A stretch of 64,000 nt of DNA from Takakia lepidozioides (taxonomy: Eukaryota; Plantae; Bryophyta): contig CM060731.1 in assembly GCA_030704615.1 (NCBI GenBank), positions 35,340,001 through 35,404,000 on the forward strand. The letters are read 5' to 3'. Both the position numbers and the translations under genes were made by a program. Shown piece after piece: positions 35,147-46,798 of the stretch. The notes beneath the pieces were generated by a model. It was not told where the DNA came from, did not search any database, and worked only from the letters and a program-made list of their open reading frames with translations. Position 1 is the first letter of the stretch. The number at the start of each line of letters is the position of its first letter.

Positions 35147-38100
35147 TCACTCCTTGATAGAACGTAAGAAATCACATAACACGCGGTCAAACAAATCCTC
35201 CGCTTCTACCTGTCCAATATAGCCAATTAAACGATTATCTTGGCATTCAGATTGGAGTTTAGCTGGCTTCTTTGCAGGATAGGCAACTACCAAGCTGATG
35301 CAACCATCTTTGCATGCGGCAAGCACCCTCGTTTTGGACTCGGAACTATTCTTGTACATCTGTTCCGGATCTGTAGTTGCCACTGCTCTAGCCCACCACA
35401 CCTCAGATCGCAGCTTCAGTTGACAGAAGACGGGAATCTTCAAATTCCCAAGTCTCACAACAAAAAGAACATCAGCTCCAGATCTGTCGTCAAAAATGAG
35501 GCATGGCGGACGAGATTTCTCTTCAGCATCAAGAAATTTACTTACGGTGTGGATCCTATATGACTCCCTCCACACTCCTTCACCTTCACCGGTAATCGTT
35601 GGCTTGTCCCTTGCGAATTTTGGAGGCAGGGTTGCATCCTTGAAACAGCACATATCGGCCAACAATTTTGTGCCGTCAAACAGCTTGGCCACATGAACTG
35701 TGAAAAGTTTCTCCCATGCCCTACCCATTGCACTGGGATCATCCTTGCAATTAACCATGTAGTCTTTGAGTGATTTCTCAAATGAATGGTTGTTCGTCAA
35801 GTAGTTCATGATGCTATGATGGACTGTCGGTTCGACTAAAGAGAAAGTGAATTGGGAACCTGTTGAATGGTGTAGCTGTCCAAGGCCACACTCGAGCAAA
35901 GTCATATCTCCGTCCGTTGAAACGGTATGTTCTCCCCTCCCTGCATAGGCAAAGGAGGTTCCTATTCTTTGCACCAAGGAAGCACCATTGAATGATTCTC
36001 CTTTCAGGACAAATGTGCCTTTTGCTCCACACAGAGCGCTCACAGCATAATAAATGGAAGTGCTGTCATTGGTGTCGCTTGTGATCTCCTTGAAATAGTT
36101 GTCTACTACGGTTATATCCCATCTTCCTCCAGCCTTCTTCAGAAGGCGCTCGACACAACTTACCAAACACCTTCGACGGCCTCTGAACTTTTCCAGCAGA
36201 TACTGGGCATTGTCCTCCATATGATCATCCTCTAGCTTCAGGTACTCACTGCAGAATTTCAGAACCTGACGCACATCTGTCCATGAAGAAAATGGAGCAG
36301 AAGAAAATTGAACCGGGCCACCACCCCCTTCTTTTGCAATCAGCGAACCTATGTCCGCTTCCAGCTTCAAAAAGCTGACACCTGTACCAGCAACAAATAC
36401 TTTCTGCTTTGGCAACGATGTAGATGGCCGCACTAGGGCTTTGATCAACGGAGAAAAAATGGACCATAGCTCTTTCGTCTCGGGGGATTCGTAGTCATTT
36501 ACATTTGTCCTTCCCAACACCTGCGCTTCATCCAGAACTACAGTGAAAGTGCCAACCTTCCCCTCTAAATCCGTCCACAGTTTTTTTATCCTAGCATTTA
36601 GCCCCTCTGAATCTTCCAGGGAAGTAACCACATCAAAAGTTCCCGAGTAAGCACATCGTATAGATCGTTACGATCTGCACCAAGGAAAGCACGGAATTGC
36701 ACCTGGAGCATGAGCCATTGCAGAGGACTCAAATCAGGAATTTCTTGGTGACAAAATTCCAAGATTAACAACCTTGAAAGAATGGCACACCTCATACGTT
36801 TCATCACATTCCTGTGATTCATTGCCTTATCGACCTCTATCTCGTGAGAACTCACAGAGGCGACATCATCTGACCCACCGTTTCCTTTGGTTTTAGCTGT
36901 CCAAAAAAAACCCCACTTCTCTGCAAGCAGCTCGTAAAGAAACCGAGTTTTCCCACTCCCACTCACTCCAACAACTGGCACAACACCAGTCGAGCAATCA
37001 TTCGCTCGTTCCCACAAATCACCAACATCTTCAGTCCAACGAGCAGTTAATTTATCCAGTAAAATGCTTGGATAACCACGGTGGTCGAATGGCACACCGT
37101 TCTGTATAGACAAATTGCACCCCATCTTTTCGAACGTGTCCAAAAACTCAGAAAATTTCAATTTCCATTCTTGCATAACCACCTTCACTGATTCTGTAAG
37201 CAAAACCCACACACTTTCCGTCACTCCTGACAGATCCATGTATCTGAAGAAAAATAAGAGCATCCTATCTTGCAAATAATTGAACAATACAAAAGATACA
37301 CCAACAAAGCCTATGACCAAAGAAAATGCAAAGAGAAGGGGAACATGGAAGGGAAGGCCAAGTAACAGAGTAGCTCTACCTGAAAACCCGTTTCCAGAGG
37401 TTTTCAATCTCTTCGCAGATCTCTCTCCCCCTGCAAATATGTCAGAATTTGTCAAATTTCAAAAGATCTGCATTCATCCAAACTCTTACCATGGAATTAC
37501 TGATGAAACTGCTGTTGTAGAGCTTTCTATCCTCTGAAGATGGTACTCAAGAAATCGTAAAGGTTTGAAGAACACTACTGATTCGCAGGTCACATGCATC
37601 AAAGTACTGAAGAGAGAACAGAAACTCATTCTTCACACATTGGTAGCAAACCCTACAAACTTACACTCACCAGACTCCCTCCTTGACGCACTATCTGACA
37701 CCCTAAACCACAACCATGGTTTCCATAACCAACAATCCCACACAGAAAGTAGGCTGCGAAGACAGACACAACACCGTTCAACCAAGAAGCAAGAGACGTC
37801 ACAAAAATCAGATGAAGATTTGAAACCCTAACCCTGTACATACTCTTGGGATGCCATTGAGCCGTCCAAAACTGTTCCGGTTATGGTTATGGATGCAAAA
37901 TATCCAAGAGAGCTCCAGAGACACAAAGGAAGACTCCTCTCCCTCACAATAAAAATAGAAGTGGATGCAAGGACGGCAATCACTCACAAGTGAACTACCA
38001 AAATGACGGCTTAGAGTTAGGGTTTCAGGCCACACAACACTTTAAACCTGCCATCATCTGCCGCAATCTGACCGACCACTGCGCTTCAAGAGATTCAGAA

Positions 38101-38514
38101 GGGCTTGCCCTCTGACCTCGCACGAAAAGTGCCCACAAAGGTTCACGGCCAGACATTTCCAAGAAGCAGTGCAATGCATATAGTCCTTGTGAAAACCCTT
38201 ACTCCAAAACGAGTGTGTCGGCAACCAGAATTCCACATACAAATAATAAACAACCGTGAATAAGAATGGAGCAAAAAGACATCTATCCAATAAAGCAGCT
38301 GGGAGTGAAACATACCAGGAGCAGGAGCAGGAGCTAGGAATGCGTGCTTCAGGCCTGCGACAATCGCACCATCTGTCCCACGTCGGGGGAAGTAGCGCTC
38401 TGGGTCCCGACCCCCATCCTCATAGCTCACAAGACCCGCATATATAACGCCCCTTTCCTCCTCAGTAAATCCAGGCAGAGTCCAGAATTTGTCCACCCAG
38501 CCACCCTGCGCCAT
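35147..38514 (-). pseudogene. Crinkler-like effector/TE-derived gene: N-terminal header, P-loop NTPase and PD-(D/E)xK-like REase; one frameshift near 36635
   Basis: Walker A 'GVSGSGKTR', 'GNGGSDD', Walker B 'VVLDEAQ'; C-terminal 'GRAWE...GADVLF...VFCQLK'. Upstream exons 38514-38316 and 37430-37380 have GT-AG borders. Confidence 0.72.
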
Positions 38515-38569
38515 GTTGTCCAGGCTGACTGATGCAGGCCCCGGGAGAGCAACCGATGAAGTCAACCCG

Positions 38570-38578
38570 AAACCCTAA
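38570..38578 (+). promoter_or_regulatory. Telo-box (AAACCCTAA) in the divergent region between the Crinkler-like gene and the primase gene
   Basis: Exact AAACCCTAA just upstream of the Crinkler-like ATG. Further copies at 37823-37831 and 38017-38025 (reverse). Confidence 0.4.
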
Positions 38579-39589
38579 ATCGCCCACAGCCGTAGAATCA
38601 ACCAGAAAGCAAGTAGCACTGAGGTTGTAAGGCTCTCAGTTGCCACGCGCTTCCACCGTTGCCACGTTCGCTCGTCTCTGCTCTGAGTCCATTCAATCAA
38701 AGGCCAGTCACACTGCTATTGCAATCTACACCACATAATTCTGTTTTTGTTACTAAGCTAGAAATCAGTCTATATGGCCATGGCGTCTCTCTGTCTTCTT
38801 CGAGTCCACTGACACGCTCCACTTATTCTCTTGGTGCACCGGTTGTTGCTAATCCAGAACTCTATAAAACATCGCTTCCATATCCACATCTCTTGCCCGT
38901 AGTGTTCACAAAAGGCAGTAGCGCGGATGCAATATGAGTCTCCACGATAGGTTTAGCCAGCCCCAAGCGCCATGTTTAATTTAAGCTAACCGCTCTGCTT
39001 TAGCCTAAGCTTTTCGCAAGACAGTGCAGCATGCAAATTGGCAAAAGAGTGGCAAAACCGCAAATGGCATCGCAGTTGGGCCATGTCACAGGAGCTGGCC
39101 GAGCACCGTGAATGAGCTGAACCCTCACGAGGCACCCCAATCTAGATACATTCATCTACTACGGGAAAAACTTTATTATACATCCAAGTTCTTGGGTTCA
39201 TACATCCATTGAGACTCCCATGGACTCCGAGGAGATAGATGATTCACGGGGATGAAAACTGAATGGATGTGTCCCTACGGATGATAGAGTGAGCTCATCC
39301 CTAAGGAAGCCTATGCAGCCAGCAATCATTTCCCACTTTTTTCATCCTCGCTTGGCGCTCTTCCTTTCTTCTTGGTCCGCTTGTGAGAAAAGGGTCCATT
39401 GCGTGTTACACTGGAGCTCCGAGGAGGATATTGAGAATGTCTCTATAAATCTAGTCTGCTGTTTGCTGTGAATGTAGCCGCAGAATACACAACATTGTTC
39501 ATCAGTCTGTGAAGGACTGCACGATAGCTGAAATGTACTTTCATTTTCCTTATCTCTAGAGTCATTTGTGTTCACTTGAATCGAGGACC

Positions 39590-42500
39590 ATGGGAGAACA
39601 ACCCCCGGAGCCCATGGATGAGGACCGCGCGGAGTTTGACGAGAACGATGATGCGAATAAAGACACTGCAGAAACTCGCCAGCTGTGTGAAGGATTTAGC
39701 CCTGACTATTTGCGGCTTTATTATGGTAAGTCTTGGATGGTCTGACAGTGTGAATTGCAGGACCTAGTTTATGTCTTCTCCCATATTGGTTTGTCTGGTC
39801 ATAATCTCATCGGTCGACTCCACATGAATTCAGCGCGTGTACACGCATAATACGTCTGATCTGCCCGGTCTGCCATTTTGAGCTGCTAGGTCTCTTTGCC
39901 ATCTCACTCAGACGTTATTGTTGATGTTGATGCGAATCGCCTGTTTTCGTACCTTTGCATTCCAGGCCTGAGCTCACATGTTTGATGTGCTACCAGGAAG
40001 GCTGTTTCCTTACGCAGAGATGCACAAGTGGTTGTCATATGGACAAGGTAAATTCCCAAACAATGTGGTCTTTGTCAATGACTCGGGAGTTCGTCATCTC
40101 TCTTTGTTTGTTTACCACCTTATAGTAGCTGCGTTTGGACTCCTTGTTCAGCATTCTGTCTTGTACCCTGAACTGTAGCTGTTACAAGTCGCACTTTCAC
40201 TTCTTTGCTGCTCTAACTATGAGCTGTGACTTTTAGCAACCGTTTACACTTGAAGCAATGATTTGAGATGGCTTGTCCTCAAGAGAGAAGGGGTTGCAAT
40301 TTTGCATGTGTGGGGTCTACAGATGGAAAGCATCCAGGGTGCGACCCCTCCTTTTTCGGGAGGAGGGAGTTCTCGTTCACCTTGGAGCATGACGTCTATG
40401 TGCGTTACTTGTCCTTCCACAATGCTGCTGGGATGGAGGTGGCCATAAGGGACAAGTGCGCTCACAAGATTGACATAGGGGCTGTTTACAATGTTGATGT
40501 AAGATTCTTACGTCAAGTCTGTAGTATTTGGGGAGCCATCACTGAGCAGTGGCTACTTCAGTTGTGGGAAACCATGAACATAGCAGTCCACTTAAGGTTA
40601 CCTGATTCTTTCATTGAATTTCTGCACCTGTTAGCAAATACATAGTTGTTTTTCCTGGAGTGAATAACTTTTACAAGAGGAACAACCAGTGGACAAATGA
40701 AGTCATTTGTTTGGTATAAACTTGGGTTTTTAAGTCTACGTTACAGACATGGAGCAGTGAGGATGATGACTTGTCTCTTCACTACATCTCACTTTATGGC
40801 TACATATCGATTGACTGTAGTGGTGCTGCAGCCTATTAAGAGGACAACATAATTCAATCCTGGGAGTAGACCGAGTCTTCTCTCCTATGGAGAGACAGCT
40901 TGTTTTTGACATTGTGAGCTTCTGGCCCTGATCTGAAAGTTCTATGTGCATGTGACACAAATATATCAACCAAAAAAGCATATGAAAAAACTAAAACTGT
41001 TGCCCATGAGAGAGAATGTACTCATAAGACGTTGTTTGCCTTGGCCCATGAGAAAGAGAGAGCCCATGGGACAAAATATGATAGAAAAAATTAAAGCACA
41101 AATTCAGGACATCGGCTTTGTGATGCAACCCCAATCAGGGGGATGCCCCCGCCTTTTCAAGGAATTAAAGCAGAAGAATGAAGCTGCGTGTCTGAGAGGG
41201 CATGTTGTCTTAAAGCTGTGCTGAAGGGGTCGTAGTTCTGGCAGGATATGACAGACTATGATGACATTCGCCATTGTTGCAGTGGGGCAGATGTATGTTT
41301 GCAATGTTGGCCTCTCGGGACAATTGCCATCAAAGTTATGAATACTGCTCTCAGAGGTCTAATCTTTTTTTCCCTCTTAGTTTACTTCGTCAAGATCCCA
41401 CAAGGTCTTATAATAGATTGTGCTCTGGCGCATTGACTTGGCACCCTTTCATTGAATGTACATGTATGCAGGTACATGCTATTCGCATGCTATTGTAGCT
41501 GATGATGTTATGCAATCAATACTTTTCGACGAGGAACGGTCCTTTTCCCCATGCATACACATAGTTTTTTGGAGGTTCTGATGCGGGATGATTCTGGTTG
41601 AGCTTGTAATTGTGGCTGAGGCATGCATGTGATTAAAAGTTTCACAGTGAAACTTGTTCCTGGCCCTCTAGAGATTCCAAATAGCACACTTCTCCTTAAG
41701 CCCTTGTGTCTTGAAGCTGCAACTAAGCTTCTCATGGCTGCACATATCAGGAATGGCTTCAATATGCTTTTGTTCATTTGTTCTTGTAGAGGACTTTGGA
41801 TTTGAGCACATACTATGGGTTTATAAAGGTCGACGTGGTGTCCATTTTTGGGTTTGTCATCCAAGAGAACGCAGGTGTCTACTCAACTTCTTTTAGTCAC
41901 CGTTGTCTTGGCTGTCATTTGTGGTCAGGGCTGCACATGATGCATAGTTATATGGAAGAATTTCTCATAGACTCGTTGGTGAGCAGGGTCCTCGTAGTAC
42001 ACACCTACTCTCCCCTTAATGGGTTATCTCTGTGATTGGAAATGCTGGGCTGTCGGTGGGGGCTTGCTTTGGGTGGATCCCACCCCATTCTCTGAACAGG
42101 TCTAGAAACTATGGTCATATCAACAATTATAGTATAGATTTCAAATTTGTGAAGAAAACTTCACGGGAGAGAACCATGATTGTTAAGTGTAGAAATTTTC
42201 AGAATATGTACGACCATTCACTTCAACCTTGCTCATTACAGACAAATTTCTTTGCTTGGACTGAAGCAGCAACAGAGAAGGGCAAGAAGTTTTCTTGACC
42301 CCTTCTGGAAAGATGTTCAAAGGTAGTCCATCATTTGTTCATTTTAGCAATTCAAAATTGGGGCCTGTACATTACACCAGGAGGCAGGATATAAGATGAA
42401 AGCACACCGGAGTGTTCTTTTGTTAATACTAACAGCCTTTAAGAATATACCTCCAAGTCCAGTCTGGGGTAAGTATAGAAAAACACAATCTTCTCCACAC

Positions 42501-42610
42501 ATCGTCTCAAGGCTGGCCCCTGCTATACACCCAGCATTGTCCAAGAGCATAATTCAGATTGTGTTTCATGAGACACCCCCATCATGCAAGAAGATTTTGG
42601 ATGCCTGAAC
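39590..42610 (+). pseudogene. PRI1: DNA primase small (catalytic) subunit pseudogene
   Basis: Exons 'FSPDYLRLYYG|RLFPYAEMHKWLSYGQ|DGKHPGCDPSFFGRREFSFTL...KIDIGAVYNVD|P...ERQLVFDI|DMTDYDDIRHCCSGADVCLQCW|[22 protein letters not shown]'. 1-bp insertion in exon 4 (~40848); SGRRG changed to KGRRG; 3' part decayed. Confidence 0.88.
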
Positions 42611-42692
42611 TAGTCTCTGTGCAGATTGCTTTAAGGGAAGATAGCTTGACTCAGACACATCCAACTCAGATGTGAAATGGGAAGTCTACCAC

Positions 42693-42810
42693 TTGCTTAG
42701 ACTCCAAGTTCTGTTTTAGTTGCCTCCATCGGGTCACATTGATTTCTTCTTTGGCAGCTGATTTGCGCCTGCTTTCCTGCCACCTGTGGCGCATCTGGGC
42801 CCTAACAGCT
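42693..42810 (-). pseudogene. Inverted downstream exon of the primase small-subunit gene
   Basis: AG|'AVRAQMRHRWQESRRKSAAKEEINVTRWRQLKQNLESKQ'|GT resembles the plant primase 'RW..S......RWEQLK..LQSK' segment but lies on the opposite strand. Confidence 0.55.
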
Positions 42811-43531
42811 TCACAATTGCAAGTGTAATTTATTTCAAAAGTTAATCCAACACCTTTCAACACAGGGCAACACATAGATTTGGCAATGATGAGAAGTCCA
42901 AGGCACATCTACCGCCCCACTGAAATGCTTGCATTACTCAAGAACTCTTCCCTAAAATTTCCTAGAATAGATAACTCGCAACCTCTCGACAGAACTGCAT
43001 GACTCCTTCATAAATGCATATAAAATATCACAATTCCCTGTTCATTCTTACATGTACCTTCTATTATTATATTGATCATTTATGTGTACAGAGTCTCATA
43101 AGTAGAATATTTTTCATTGTCATGCATAAGTTGTTTTAAATTTAAAAAAACACATGGATTTAGGATATTAAATTGAAAAAATGAATAGCAAATATCATTC
43201 TAATATGCATATTCGATTTTATAATTTAATATTCATTCTAAGTTCTAACATGCACCTCCTATTATTATATTGACATTTATGTGTATCGCATGAACTCAAA
43301 AATATCCTGAGTGACCTATACATAGGCTGCATGATTTAGAGATGATGTATAGATATATAGTCAATGCATTTTTTTACTTAAATACTTATAAATGTTTGAA
43401 ATATTGTGTTCATAAAACTTAGAATGTTTTGTATTGCTAGACATGCAAGGCAATGTTGCAGTTCTACATGGAAAAAACGAAACAAGAATACAGAAACATA
43501 CACTTCAAGTACCAGATTTGTTTCTTGGAGG

Positions 43532-44031
43532 TCATATCTGTGTCTTCGAGTTCCTCTCAGGAGATAGGAACATGTTGGTGGCTCTCACAAGTGGATCGGA
43601 ATTCCAGATCTCCAACCACCTGATTTTGGTTGCATTGTCCACCATTGAAATGGAAAGGCGATGCAGTTTCTCTTGGGTCATTTCTGGCTTTGAGCCATAC
43701 TTGTCATAATGTGCTTTCACCTGTTCCGGAAATTCCGTGCCAAGACTTGGAACACTCATTTCATTGCTTGCTCGCTGTTGTACTGGTTTTTGAATTCGTA
43801 GGACCTGGAGATTCTTTTTTCTCTCTCAAACTCCCTGAAGAAACAGTTGTTCCAGACAGCGAGCTTCCATCTCCTGATATAAGCCTCCAGTGTGATCCGG
43901 GGGCAAGCCATCTGGATTTTGTAGTCTGCCATTAACTCCCCAAGTGCAGCCACCGCAAGGTTGATGAAGGGCCAGGCTGTGTAGGTTTTCCAATGTTCTT
44001 GGGCTATTTTTTTGGTGGTTTCCAGTTGCAA
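43532..44031 (-). pseudogene. Unknown ORF remnant, divergent from MTase copy 3
   Basis: Two adjacent ORFs (43756-44031, 43532-43759) with protein-like composition inside AT-rich flanks. Confidence 0.3.
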
Positions 44032-44106
44032 TGCTGCCAGGATGAACTTAAAGTCGGTTTGGAGTCTATTTGAAATGCTGTTTAGAGCTTACACTGTACC
44101 AACAAA

Positions 44107-44564
44107 CAGCCTTGCGTTGACGCAACGTTGTTTGACGGTATGGATTGCTAGAAATGTCCTGCCTAAATACCCCGATTTCCATACGATTGTAGGAAAGTTA
44201 AGGTTATCAAATACCATAGACAGGTGTTTCAGCAGAGGAATTTAACCTTGCGTCAACGCACGGTTGAATATCCATACCAGCTGATCTTCGGATGGTTGTT
44301 TTCAAGCACTGTTTTCCATTTCCTCTGTTAATGAAAACAACCTTGCGTTGACGCAATGTTGAATTCCGTTGTCAATCACTGTCTCTTTCAATGCTACATT
44401 ATCATAAGTGTATCAACGCAAGGTTGATTGGGGTTCCATGTTGTGCATGAGATGTTTTAGGATAATGGGCTTTCCCTCTCGTACGTGCTTGTTGAAAGTG
44501 TAGTTCTTCAAATTTGGTGTTTTCTATTTCAGCTCGAATCAACATTGCGTCAACGCAATGTTGA
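44107..44564. repeat. Five dispersed copies of a palindromic motif (C)AACCTTGCGT-NN-ACGCAA(T/C)GTT(G)
   Basis: Copies at 44107-44130, 44244-44265, 44338-44361, 44413-44427 (half) and 44539-44564. Confidence 0.85.
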
Positions 44565-44691
44565 ATCGGGCTTTCAAACGTTAGTTTATCAGTGTTACTG
44601 ACCTGCATGCCAATACACTTTTCGTGATGTGTGATCTGTGTCCTGATCAAATCGATTGACTGTCTAGAGTTTGGGTGTGTGTGTCATTCAG

Positions 44692-46798
44692 GTACATGTA
44701 TTATGTCCTCATACCGGGAAAGTACCTTAGTGATGACCCAGACTTCATCTACTCGTGGGCTGACCTCTCCAATGACAAGACAATGTACACGGCTGGTATT
44801 GCCAGAGACTGGAGCAGGGCGCATTTCAGAGACTGTGGGTGGTACCTCGATCTGCCAAAACAGCACACACCATTCGATGAAGTTGTTTTGAGAAACCTTA
44901 ACGATAACGCCGCGGCACTTGCCCCGCTGGCTGACAAAGACGTTCAGGACAGAATCATTGCTGCTCTGGCTGCAAAAGAGCCTGAGAAATCTTCTACTCC
45001 AAAATGGAAGGGGAAGATTGTCGGGGATCCGAAGGGGAAGGGGAAGAGTGCAGCTCCGTAGGAACAGGTCCCGTCAGAGGTCGCTGAAGACAGCCTTCTC
45101 CAACTAGGAGGGATATGAGAACAACAAAGTCGAGAGAGCATCCTTTCGATGCGAGAGAACATCCATCCAGGGTTTCTGGCCAGTTCCATCGTAAGGTGGT
45201 GAATGAAAGTTTTCTGGCAATGATGGAATCCAGGAAGTCGACATTCAAAGGGGTGCCCTCGAAATCATGGGACATGCTTGTTTCGTTCCTCACTTAGGTA
45301 AGTATATATGTCTTAACTGTTGTGTGAATAATTTTGTTTTGACAACTTGTTCTGGCTTGTCGATGTGATTGATTTCTTGTTGGATCTAGATTGGGCTTGT
45401 GACACTGTCTCCTGTTTTTGGCTGTAGGTCACAAAAATGCCGGATTGGGTGAATGGAATTCAGCAGGCATACGTGACTGACCTTGTGGTGCTGGACATTC
45501 CTGACGGTTTCCTTGTCCCTGATGTGTTGCCTTCCAATTCAACCCCCACTTGGAACAAATCAGATTCTCGTTACTGGCAGTGGGCCTTCTCATTCAGCAA
45601 CAAATTCCTTTCTGACTCGGGGGCTCTTATTCTCATGCAGTCAAAGGACATGTCGGCACGGAGAACTCTTTTCAGCTACATGAAAGCTTCCGGGTTTCGT
45701 GTCATCAAAACTTGGACATGCATCAACACTCTGACTCTTACGAAGGGCGAGTTCCCGGGGCAGAAAGTGAGTTGGTTCATTTGAATTAAAGTTTAGTGGT
45801 TTTGTTGTAAATGTCAAAAGTTGGTTTTGTCTTTTGCCTCATGCTCTCTTTGTGATTATTGGCAGACTCGGGTGTTCGAAGCTTTGTGCCTGGTGAGGGT
45901 GCGTAAGGACACTCTTCCTCCTGGTATTGCTGAGTTCCAGTTGAGGGACCTTGCAACTTACATTGACCCCACCTGCGAGCCTGTGGAGGATGATATAATC
46001 TTCAATTACGTGGACTCGGGTCGAACCACGAAAAGGTCGACTGGTGTCCCTTGGAGAGGTGCACGGGAGAAATCCCCAGCTTTCATGCAGACTTTGGTAG
46101 ATCCATGCAGCCGTCACGGTGGACGAGTGGTTGACTTGTCTATGGGAACAGGTGGGGCCCTGAACACTGTGTTTGAAATGTGGGCAGTGAGCTTAGGGAA
46201 GCCCTGTTTTGATTTCTCGTTCATCTTCGATTTGTAGGAGCATCTTTTCATGCGTGCAAAAGCACCAGAAGGCACTTCTTCGGCATGGAGGCTGATACGG
46301 AGCTTCATTAGCTTGAGTCGGGCACTACTTTTGCCCCATCCACGGAGGGACTTCTTGAGGAGCCCAAAGCGCCTGACGAGGATCTCGACGTGGACTCCGA
46401 TTTTGAGTGTGAGTAAGTTCGGCTCTAGTCGTGCAAAATATGTTGCATTTCATTATGTCATTCCCGTTCGACAGATGGTTGCTTACATTGTCTATTTCTG
46501 GATGATAACATCTACCACCATTCCTCTTCTTGCTTTCCAGAGTTCGGCACAAGTCATCGAATACGCAGACACCTTTCGGTTTCCAAGGATATTACATGTC
46601 CTCGAGTCCCCCTAGAGCTTACCGCTTGCAGGTTTTACGCGGAAGCTTGCGCACGAGTGTTGTCCCAACAAACAATGTATTCGCCTCTCCATGGGGGGGC
46701 GCGGAAAAAAAAAATGTCGCGGAGGGGCTGCTGTGTTCATAGATGATATTGCTGCAGACTCTGGAAGTAGTTCCTCTGAAACCTCCAATAGTTCTTGA
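44692..46798 (+). pseudogene. Beta-class DNA amino-methyltransferase-like gene, copy 3; exons 44692-45297, 45428-45766, 45866-46151, 46238-46412, 46541-46798
   Basis: 'DCGWYLDLP', 'DLVVLDIPDG..PTWN', 'FLSDSGALIL', 'WTCIN', 'EKSPAFMQTLVDPCSRHGGRVVDLSMGTG|ASFHACKSTRRHFFGMEAD'. Phase 0/1/2 introns match copies 1 and 2. TAG stops and frameshifts present. Confidence 0.78.

Noticed and set aside
42285-42350. Minus-strand 'NEQ..DY...KGQEN' resembling another primase exon
   Set aside because: Too short and broken, and out of order relative to the other inverted exon. May be chance.
44107-44564. Palindromic repeats with unique intervening DNA (CRISPR-like)
   Set aside because: Spacing is irregular (~75-135 bp), the repeats are degenerate and there are no cas genes. 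Reported as a motif array instead.
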